The translations under genes were made by a program, and so were the position numbers. 64,000 nucleotides of DNA from Candidatus Woesebacteria bacterium (lineage in GTDB: Bacteria > Patescibacteriota > Microgenomatia > UBA8517), in contig DMZH01000002.1 of assembly GCA_003484955.1 (NCBI GenBank), positions 78,825 through 142,824 of the forward strand, read 5' to 3'. Shown here in pieces: positions 57,342-64,000 of this stretch (within the stretch, counting starts at the first letter, position 1; the number at the start of each line of letters is the position of its first letter). Under the pieces are notes generated by a model that was given only the letters and a program-made list of their open reading frames with translations, did not search any database and was not told the DNA's origin.

Positions 57342-58391
57342 ATGATATCAACGCAGCCAATCTTAAGTTTCCGGTATTTTAAATTTAAAAAGAATAAACT
57401 TGCCGAAAATGTTAAACGTTTGTTCTATCTTTCCTGGGAGGACGCTTTCTGGGATATCCTACTCAAGAAAAAAGTACCTAAAGGATCATATGTTTTACTT
57501 CCCGATTTTTTTTGCGGTGACGTTGAGAGTAACATCAGATTGCATGGCTGCAAGCCGGTTTACTACAAAATCAATACCAACCTGACAGCAGACAAAAAAT
57601 CTTTTAAATCGAAAATCGACCGGGTTAAGCCAAGTGTGATCGTAATATTTCACCCTGTCGGGATAAAAAGCAATCTGATGGATGACCTAAAGTGGCTTAA
57701 AAAAATCACTGGAAGCTCAATCCTGATAGAGGACTCTGTTCATAGAATTGTTGATCCGGAAGAAATTAAAATTTTTAAAAAAGACCATTTTATTATCGAT
57801 AGTCTAAGGAAAGTAGTTCCCCTGCAGGGGTCAAATATTTATGGAAGAGTTGAAGATTTGGACTTTTCGGCACCCCCTTTTTACCAGTCGTTTTTTTATT
57901 CGATCAGGGTTAATCTGCTTTGGGCTTTAATGGTTTTAGGTTGGTCGTTAAGATTTGGTCGAATTGCGGAAAGGTTGATGCTAAGGGGATACTCCCTGAT
58001 AGGGGACTCAATGCTGCCTGCGCGGGGACCTTTCCCGGCAAACTTTTTAAGCTCCAGAATAAATACCGGGGAAATCCGGGATATTAGGAAACACCAAGCC
58101 ATTTATTACGAAAAAGAATTGGGCAAATTTCTACCCGTAAAAATAAGTCTTTCTGGTGAAGACCGTGCCAGCCTGCGTGCCTACCCAGTAATTTTAGACA
58201 AAGAATATGCCGGCTGGATTTTAAAGTTTTTAAGAACAAACGACCTTCTTGTCAGGTTTGAGTTGAATGATTCGGGCTGGTCCAGGAAACAAAAAATAAT
58301 TTATTTGCCACTTGGAATTCAAATGACCGAAAAGGAGCAAGGTACGGTCTGTGGTTTGGTTAAATCAGCGCTTTTAGGCTATCGGGCATAA
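57342..58391 (+). CDS. Divergent DegT/DnrJ-like PLP fold-type I protein
   Basis: VLLPDFFC..V, FHPVG, IEDSVH, DSLRK (SxxK-like Lys) resemble the DegT family core. Confidence 0.55.
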   Translation: MISTQPILSFRYFKFKKNKLAENVKRLFYLSWEDAFWDILLKKKVPKGSYVLLPDFFCGDVESNIRLHGCKPVYYKINTNLTADKKSFKSKIDRVKPSVIVIFHPVGIKSNLMDDLKWLKKITGSSILIEDSVHRIVDPEEIKIFKKDHFIIDSLRKVVPLQGSNIYGRVEDLDFSAPPFYQSFFYSIRVNLLWALMVLGWSLRFGRIAERLMLRGYSLIGDSMLPARGPFPANFLSSRINTGEIRDIRKHQAIYYEKELGKFLPVKISLSGEDRASLRAYPVILDKEYAGWILKFLRTNDLLVRFELNDSGWSRKQKIIYLPLGIQMTEKEQGTVCGLVKSALLGYRA

Positions 58392-58409
58392 TTGTCATAT
58401 AATACCTTT

Positions 58410-59222
58410 ATGCTTAGGGAGCAAGATAAGCCTGTCGGGGTTTTTGACTCGGGTCTTGGAGGTTTAACGGTAGTCAAAGAACTGACTAAAATTTTACCGC
58501 ATGAGAACCTGGTATATTTGGGCGATACCGCCAGGGTTCCTTACGGCCCGCGCGGAGTAGAAACAATTAAACGCTTTTCTGAAGAAAATACCAGATTTTT
58601 AATAGGAGAGAATGTCAAAGCGGTGGTGATTGCCTGCAACACATCTTCGGCGGTTGCGGCGGACTTCCTGAAAAGTACTTTTCCAAAAATTCCGATATTT
58701 GAAGTGATAAGCTCGGCTTCCAATGAGGCTTCGCGAGGTACCCGTTCTATTGGGGTTATCGGGACATACGGAACAGTAGGGAGTCATGCTTACGCTAAAA
58801 ATATTTCCAAAAATTTGTCCCGAACAAAAGTTATTGAAAAGGCGTGTCCCCTCTTTGTCCCGTTTATTGAGGAAGGGGAGATAGGGAGTAAAGCGCTAAA
58901 GCTGGTTGCAAAAGGGTACCTGTCGGAGCTTAAAAAACAAAAAGTAGGCACCTTGATTATGGGCTGCACCCATTACCCTATCATTAAAAATATTATTAGT
59001 GAAACAATGGGTAAGGGTGTTACCTTGATCAATCCCGGAAAATCTGTCGCAAAAGAAGTTTTTGATTTTTTAAAGAAAAATAATTTATTAAACAGGCAAA
59101 AAAAGAAGGGAACTGCCGACTTCTATGTTACGGACCTCACAGATAGATTCACAAAGGTTGCGGAAATGTTTCTAGGGAAAAAGATAAAAAATGATCTAAA
59201 AATCGCCAGGCTGACAAAATGA
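58410..59222 (+). CDS. murI: Glutamate racemase
   Basis: GVFDSGLGGLTV, YLGDTARVPYG, IACNT, GCTHYP. Confidence 0.96.
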   Translation: MLREQDKPVGVFDSGLGGLTVVKELTKILPHENLVYLGDTARVPYGPRGVETIKRFSEENTRFLIGENVKAVVIACNTSSAVAADFLKSTFPKIPIFEVISSASNEASRGTRSIGVIGTYGTVGSHAYAKNISKNLSRTKVIEKACPLFVPFIEEGEIGSKALKLVAKGYLSELKKQKVGTLIMGCTHYPIIKNIISETMGKGVTLINPGKSVAKEVFDFLKKNNLLNRQKKKGTADFYVTDLTDRFTKVAEMFLGKKIKNDLKIARLTK

Positions 59223-60148
59223 ACAAAAAACTAAAAGTAGCGGTACTAATGGGCGGCAAGTCATCGGAACATGAGGTATCGATAGTGTCCGGCAAAGAAG
59301 TTATAAAAAACTTAGACAAGAAGAAATATATGGTTTATCCTCTGGTAATTTCGAAAGACGGAAAAGGACTAAATAAAATTGTCAAAATTAATCCGGATAT
59401 CGCCTTTATAGCCCTTCACGGAAAATACGGAGAGGATGGAAAAATTCAAGGTTTCCTTGAAGTAATAGGTATTCCATACGTTGGTTCGGGCGTGCTTGCG
59501 TCCGCCATTGGAATGGATAAGGAAATTTTCCGAGAGTTGATGAATTTTCATAAAGTACCCATCCCCGAATATGTGTTTTTGAAGAAGGGTGAAAAATATC
59601 AAAGTGTTTATAAAACATTGGGTGCTCCGCCTTACTTTGTGAAACCGGTCGAGGGAGGTTCCTCGATAGGTGTTTCGCCGGCAAAAAATTTAAATGAGCT
59701 TAAAAAATCCATGAACCTGGCGTTTGAGTATGACAACAGAATTTTAGTGGATAAATATATAAAAGGAAGAGAGTTTACCTGTGCCGTTACGGGAAACGAT
59801 AAACCGATAGCACTTCCGGTCGTGGAAATAAAACCCCTGAAAGGGAGTTTTTTTGATTATGAATCAAAATATGCCGAAAGCGGTTCGGAAGAAATAGTTC
59901 CGGCTAGAATTTCGAAAACCCTTACGGAAAAAATCCAGAAAATCGCGTTGGAAGTTTATAGAATTGTCGGATGCCGTGGCTTTGGAAGAGTTGATTTTAT
60001 TTTAAAGGACGGCAGAACCCCTGTTGTTTTGGAAGTCAATACAATACCGGGACTTACGCCGATGTCTCTTTTTCCCAAGGCGGCAAAAGCGGCGGGTATT
60101 TCATATCCCCGTCTGCTTGATATGATCATCGACTTAGTCAAGTCGTAG
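59219..60148 (+). CDS. ddl: D-alanine-D-alanine ligase
   Basis: MGG.SSEHEVS, LHG.YGEDG.IQG, MDK, KP..GGSSIG, FFDYESKY, RVDF, LEVNT.PG.T. Confidence 0.95.
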   Translation: MNKKLKVAVLMGGKSSEHEVSIVSGKEVIKNLDKKKYMVYPLVISKDGKGLNKIVKINPDIAFIALHGKYGEDGKIQGFLEVIGIPYVGSGVLASAIGMDKEIFRELMNFHKVPIPEYVFLKKGEKYQSVYKTLGAPPYFVKPVEGGSSIGVSPAKNLNELKKSMNLAFEYDNRILVDKYIKGREFTCAVTGNDKPIALPVVEIKPLKGSFFDYESKYAESGSEEIVPARISKTLTEKIQKIALEVYRIVGCRGFGRVDFILKDGRTPVVLEVNTIPGLTPMSLFPKAAKAAGISYPRLLDMIIDLVKS

Positions 60149-60182
60149 AATCATCAGTCTTGCTGATGTAAAATGATTAAAG

Positions 60183-61403
60183 ATGCAATCGAAAAAAATT
60201 AACACCATCCTCAAATGGTGGGTGACCCCAAAGCTTCCTCCGGAAGATATATTTGCCAGGCATAATTTTGTCTCCCAATGGCTGACACATCCGATTAAAA
60301 GGAGACTTGCCAGAACCTACTTGAAGTATTTGCAAAAACATACGAATCTTAAAGTAATTGGCATTACAGGGAGTACCGGCAAGACCACCACTACCGAAAT
60401 TTTAGCGTCAATTCTCAGTAGAATCGGTAAAACTGTCTGGTCGGCAGAGGGGGTAGACCCTGTTTACAATATTCCCAACACGATTCTCAGAGCAACTCCG
60501 GACACAAAATATTTAATCCTCGAAATGTCAGTGGAATATGTAAACGAAATGGATTATTATCTCTGGCTTGCGAAGCCCGATATCGGAATTATAACCAACA
60601 TCGCTGTTACCCATACCCAATTTTTAGGGGACGAAAAAGGTGTTGCTTGTGAAAAAGGAAAGTTGATTAAAGGGTTATCCACGGGCGGAACAGCCATACT
60701 TAACAAAGAAGACAAACTGGTATGCTCACTGGGGAATGGATGGATATGTAAAGTCGCATTTTTTGGTAACACCGCCAATATTTATGCAAAAAATATCAGG
60801 TTGAATCCTGATTTGAGTACTAATTTTACCCTAGTAATTAATCAGAGTATAAAAACTGTTCATATGAAAGCCTTGGGAAGCCAGTTTGTGAGCAACGCCC
60901 TGGCTTCTGCCGCCGCCGCAGACAGTCTCGGTGTGGGCCTTAATCAAATTGTCCGGGGAATGGAACTTTTTAAGCCACCGACCCACAGGCTCAACATTTT
61001 TAGAAGTAAGCTGTATGGGATTATATTTGATGACAGCTATAACAGTAATCCTAAAGCGGCGAACGAATCCCTGGATACTTTTGAGGTAGTTTCCAAGGGT
61101 AAAAAGAAAATAGCTGTAATTGGAGACATGCTTGAGCTGGGTAAATTTGAGGAAAGCGCCCACAGAGAACTTGGCAAAAAAGTCGGAAAAATGAAATTTG
61201 ACTGCATTATCGGAGTCGGTAATGCCGCAAGATTTATGGTAGACGAAGCCTCCCGTGAGTGGGGAAATAAAAATTGCTTTTTAGTGGCAGATTATCTTGA
61301 GGCTTTGGAGATTGTTAAGCCAATTTTGGACAAAGATTCCGCCCTTTTTGTAAAGGGTTCACGCTCCATTCATCTTGACAAACTTGTTGATGCCTTAAAA
61401 TGA
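60183..61403 (+). CDS. murF: UDP-MurNAc-tripeptide-D-Ala-D-Ala ligase with atypical N-terminus
   Basis: GITGSTGKTTT, LEM, ITNI...H, EK, DDSYNSNP, GDMLELG, KGSR. Confidence 0.92.
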   Translation: MQSKKINTILKWWVTPKLPPEDIFARHNFVSQWLTHPIKRRLARTYLKYLQKHTNLKVIGITGSTGKTTTTEILASILSRIGKTVWSAEGVDPVYNIPNTILRATPDTKYLILEMSVEYVNEMDYYLWLAKPDIGIITNIAVTHTQFLGDEKGVACEKGKLIKGLSTGGTAILNKEDKLVCSLGNGWICKVAFFGNTANIYAKNIRLNPDLSTNFTLVINQSIKTVHMKALGSQFVSNALASAAAADSLGVGLNQIVRGMELFKPPTHRLNIFRSKLYGIIFDDSYNSNPKAANESLDTFEVVSKGKKKIAVIGDMLELGKFEESAHRELGKKVGKMKFDCIIGVGNAARFMVDEASREWGNKNCFLVADYLEALEIVKPILDKDSALFVKGSRSIHLDKLVDALK

Positions 61404-61429
61404 ATGCTGTTATAATCTAACTGATCCGT

Positions 61430-62479
61430 ATGACAAACTATTTAACTCTAAATTTGGGGCTTATAATTTTCTCCTTTCTTATCTGCGGTGTATTGATAGT
61501 CCCCTTTATTAATTTGCTTTATAGGTTGAAGCTTACAAGAAGGAAAGAGGCCCCGGAACACGGTAAAGTGCCTCTTTTTGATAAACTTCACGATATTAAA
61601 GAAGGAACTCCTGTAGGGGGTGGAATTTTGATTATTGCTGTAGTTACAATACTTTTTGCGATTTCTTTCCCGCTGGCATCATTTTTAGGACTTTTTGTCA
61701 GAAGTTCGTTTTCGCTGAGAGCGGAGCTTTTTGTAATATTTTTTGCCTTTATTTCTTTTGGGCTTCTTGGATTGTCCGATGATCTTTTGAAAGTTTTCAG
61801 CAAGCCCACAAAAGGCGTTTTAGGACTTTGGTTTGGCCTCAGACGCAGACAAAAATTCATTTTACAGTGGGTTCTGGGCCTTCTTTTGGGGTTTTTCATA
61901 TATAAATATTTAGGAGTTCATATAGTCAACATTCCCGGTTTTGATACGGTTTGGGATTTGGGCATATGGTATATACCGTTCTCGGCTTTTGTTATCGTCG
62001 CGTTTTCGAATGCTTTTAATATTACCGATGGGCTCGACGGACTTTCCACTGGGCTTTTGCTAATCTGCCTTGGCGTTTTTGAAATAATTGCGATCGGAAA
62101 TCTGGATACTCCACTTCTCTTCTTTATTTCACTCTGGGCGGGTGCTCTATTCGCGTTTTTGTACTTTAATGTTTGGCCGGCAAGGATTTTTCTGGGGGAT
62201 GCCGGAGCCCTTTCTTTCGGGGCAATGCTGGCGGTAATAGGTCTTATTACCGGAAAAATCTTGGCGCTTGTTGTTGTCGGAGGAATTTTTGTTATTGAAG
62301 CCACCACTTCTCTTATTCAAATTTTGGGTTGGAAATATTTGAAAAGACCCATCTTTCCTTTGGCTCCGATTCACCACACTTTTCTGGCAAGAGGCTGGAA
62401 AGAGCCCAAAATTGTTATACGTGCATGGATTCTGGGCCTTCTTTTGGGAGTGTTCGGACTCTGGCTGGCGACAATGTAA
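61430..62479 (+). CDS. mraY: Phospho-MurNAc-pentapeptide transferase
   Basis: K.GTP.GGG, G..DD, SNA.N.TDGLDGL, FN..PARIFLGD.G, APIHH. Confidence 0.95.
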   Translation: MTNYLTLNLGLIIFSFLICGVLIVPFINLLYRLKLTRRKEAPEHGKVPLFDKLHDIKEGTPVGGGILIIAVVTILFAISFPLASFLGLFVRSSFSLRAELFVIFFAFISFGLLGLSDDLLKVFSKPTKGVLGLWFGLRRRQKFILQWVLGLLLGFFIYKYLGVHIVNIPGFDTVWDLGIWYIPFSAFVIVAFSNAFNITDGLDGLSTGLLLICLGVFEIIAIGNLDTPLLFFISLWAGALFAFLYFNVWPARIFLGDAGALSFGAMLAVIGLITGKILALVVVGGIFVIEATTSLIQILGWKYLKRPIFPLAPIHHTFLARGWKEPKIVIRAWILGLLLGVFGLWLATM

Positions 62480-62490
62480 GTTTATCTTAA

Positions 62491-63597
62491 GTGAGAAATA
62501 GAAAACTGACACTTTCAAAGCAAAACAAGTCTTTTGACAATAAATTATTTTTTCTTGTCATAGCATTCGTTGTTCTGGGAATAATTGCGGTTGCCGATGT
62601 TTCGGCTCCGCAATCCTTAAGCAACTACGGAGATAAATTTTATTTGTTGAAGCAGCAAATTCTCTCAGCCGGTATCGGGATAGTGGCTTTTTTTGTTGTT
62701 TCGAGAATAAAATATACTTTTTGGGAAAAAATAGGAACACCACTTTTCTTTCTTTCTTTAATACTTCTTGTTCTGGTTTTGTTGCAGCGCTTTGGCATTT
62801 CGGCGCTTGGAGCCAGGCGCTGGATCAGTTTTGGCCCCGTTAACTTTCAGCCTTCGGAACTTGTAAAATTTACGGTTGCAATATATCTTGCCAAAGTTGC
62901 CGCAAGTAAAAAATCCCCGCTTGCGTATTTTATTCCACTAGTGCTAATCGCCGGACTTATCATGCTTCAGCCAGATTTAGGAACAACACTTGTAGTCCTG
63001 GTTATAGGATTTTCCCAGATTTTTGTGGCGGATGTAGGCCTTCTTTATGTCATAGGGGCAGCAGCGGCCGGTGGTTTGGCCACATTTTTGTTAATTATAG
63101 CCTCTCCCTACAGACGCGCCAGATTATCGACATTTTTGGAAAGTACAACTGACCCTCTGGGCAAGTCTTATCATATTAGACAGGTTCTTTTGGCGCTTGG
63201 TTCGGGAGGGATTTTTGGAGTTGGTTTTGGCGCATCACGCCAAAAATATTCATTTTTACCTGAAGCCTCAACAGACTCTATTTTTGCCGTAATTGCCGAG
63301 GAGTTGGGCTTGGTAGGTGCCTCGGTTATTATATTCCTTTTTATTTTTTTTGTGATTAGGGGACTCCGAATTGCCAAAAACGCGCCGGATAAATTCTCTT
63401 CAGTCCTTGCTGTCGGAATTTCGGCATGGATTGGCGGACAGGCATTTTTAAATATTGGCTCGATGGTTTCACTGGTTCCTTTAACCGGAATTCCCCTGCC
63501 GTTTTTTTCCTACGGTGGAAGCAGTTTGGTGATGATACTTTCCGCTTGCGGTATACTACTAAATATATCGAAGTTTACGACTCATGAGCAAAAATAG
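62491..63597 (+). CDS. ftsW: SEDS peptidoglycan glycosyltransferase FtsW
   Basis: GARRWI, FQPSE..K, QPDLGT, LPEA.TD.IFAVI.EE.G, P.TGIPLPFFSYGGSS. Confidence 0.93.
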   Translation: MRNRKLTLSKQNKSFDNKLFFLVIAFVVLGIIAVADVSAPQSLSNYGDKFYLLKQQILSAGIGIVAFFVVSRIKYTFWEKIGTPLFFLSLILLVLVLLQRFGISALGARRWISFGPVNFQPSELVKFTVAIYLAKVAASKKSPLAYFIPLVLIAGLIMLQPDLGTTLVVLVIGFSQIFVADVGLLYVIGAAAAGGLATFLLIIASPYRRARLSTFLESTTDPLGKSYHIRQVLLALGSGGIFGVGFGASRQKYSFLPEASTDSIFAVIAEELGLVGASVIIFLFIFFVIRGLRIAKNAPDKFSSVLAVGISAWIGGQAFLNIGSMVSLVPLTGIPLPFFSYGGSSLVMILSACGILLNISKFTTHEQK

Positions 63598-64000
63598 ATT
63601 GGTTCTTACCGGCGGACATGCCGCAACAACCGCAGTTGCAGTTGTTGAGGAAATAAAATCGCAGAATAGAGATTGGAGACTCTACTGGATCGGGGTAAAA
63701 AATGCGATTGAGGGAAAAAAAGTTGTAACTCTGGAATCCGAAGTCTTGCCGCGGCTTGGCGTGAAATTTTTGCCATTGATCACGGGCAGGCTTCAGCGAA
63801 GGTTTACCGTGTGGACTATCCCGTCGTATTTGAAAATTCCGATAGGATTTGTTCAGTCTCTCTATTATCTAGTGAAGATCAAACCAAAGGCGGTACTTTC
63901 GTTTGGTGGATTTGCTTCTTTTCCCGTTGTATTTAATGCCAAGCTTTTGGGAATTCCGGTTATTATTCATGAACAAACCTCAGCCGCTGGACGGGCAAAT
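63584..64000 (+). CDS. murG: MurG, 3'-partial (not in the ORF track)
   Basis: ATG 63584: MSKNRLVLTGGH...GRLQR...KP..VLSFGGFAS.P......LLGIPVIIHEQT...GRAN; runs off the window end. Confidence 0.92.
   Translation, partial: MSKNRLVLTGGHAATTAVAVVEEIKSQNRDWRLYWIGVKNAIEGKKVVTLESEVLPRLGVKFLPLITGRLQRRFTVWTIPSYLKIPIGFVQSLYYLVKIKPKAVLSFGGFASFPVVFNAKLLGIPVIIHEQTSAAGRAN

Noticed and set aside
705..63377. Many 60-220 aa ORFs antisense or out of frame to the called genes (e.g. 32377-32976, 52397-52921, 55266-55922)
   Set aside because: They overlap well-supported genes and show no motifs; treated as shadow ORFs
1..64000. tRNA, rRNA, riboswitch (including glmS ribozyme and glycine T-box), IS, prophage, alternative genetic code
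   Set aside because: Intergenic gaps are mostly under 150 bp with no such signatures; glmS and glyQS have only 5 and 19 nt upstream gaps; TGA ends several conserved genes at expected positions

Overview
Gene-dense bacterial chromosomal window, translation table 11 (TGA used as stop). Gene content and compactness point to a Patescibacteria/CPR genome, probably Microgenomates (Woesebacteria-like); this assignment is inference. There are three blocks. (1) About 1-33.7 kb: a large cell-surface glycan locus with 7 GT4 and 5 GT2 enzymes, 5 GT-C-like membrane glycosyltransferases, a Wzx flippase, an O-antigen ligase/polymerase-like protein, ManC, a priming phosphoglycosyl transferase and DUF4012. 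It also carries an AsnB-type amidotransferase, an O-acetyltransferase, an NDP-sugar C-methyltransferase, an RmlD-like reductase and an inserted RhuM-Fic/Doc gene. (2) About 33.8-42.6 kb: housekeeping and accessory genes (recO, Zn/Mn ABC pair, DEDDy exonuclease, cupin, Cas4/AddB-like nuclease, LCP, TspO, glyQS). (3) 42.7-64 kb: an extended dcw/peptidoglycan cluster from mraZ to murG that also contains murA, yvcK, glmS, murB, murI and ddl. No rRNA, tRNA, CRISPR array or transposase was seen. The main candidate for something new is a possible non-canonical UDP-GlcNAc route: glmS, a HAD-GNAT fusion, and MurE fused to only the uridyltransferase half of GlmU. Other notable signals are a relic copy of the flippase 5' end in front of rhuM-fic, short 7-bp-period repeats inside genes, and widespread leaderless-type -10 boxes.
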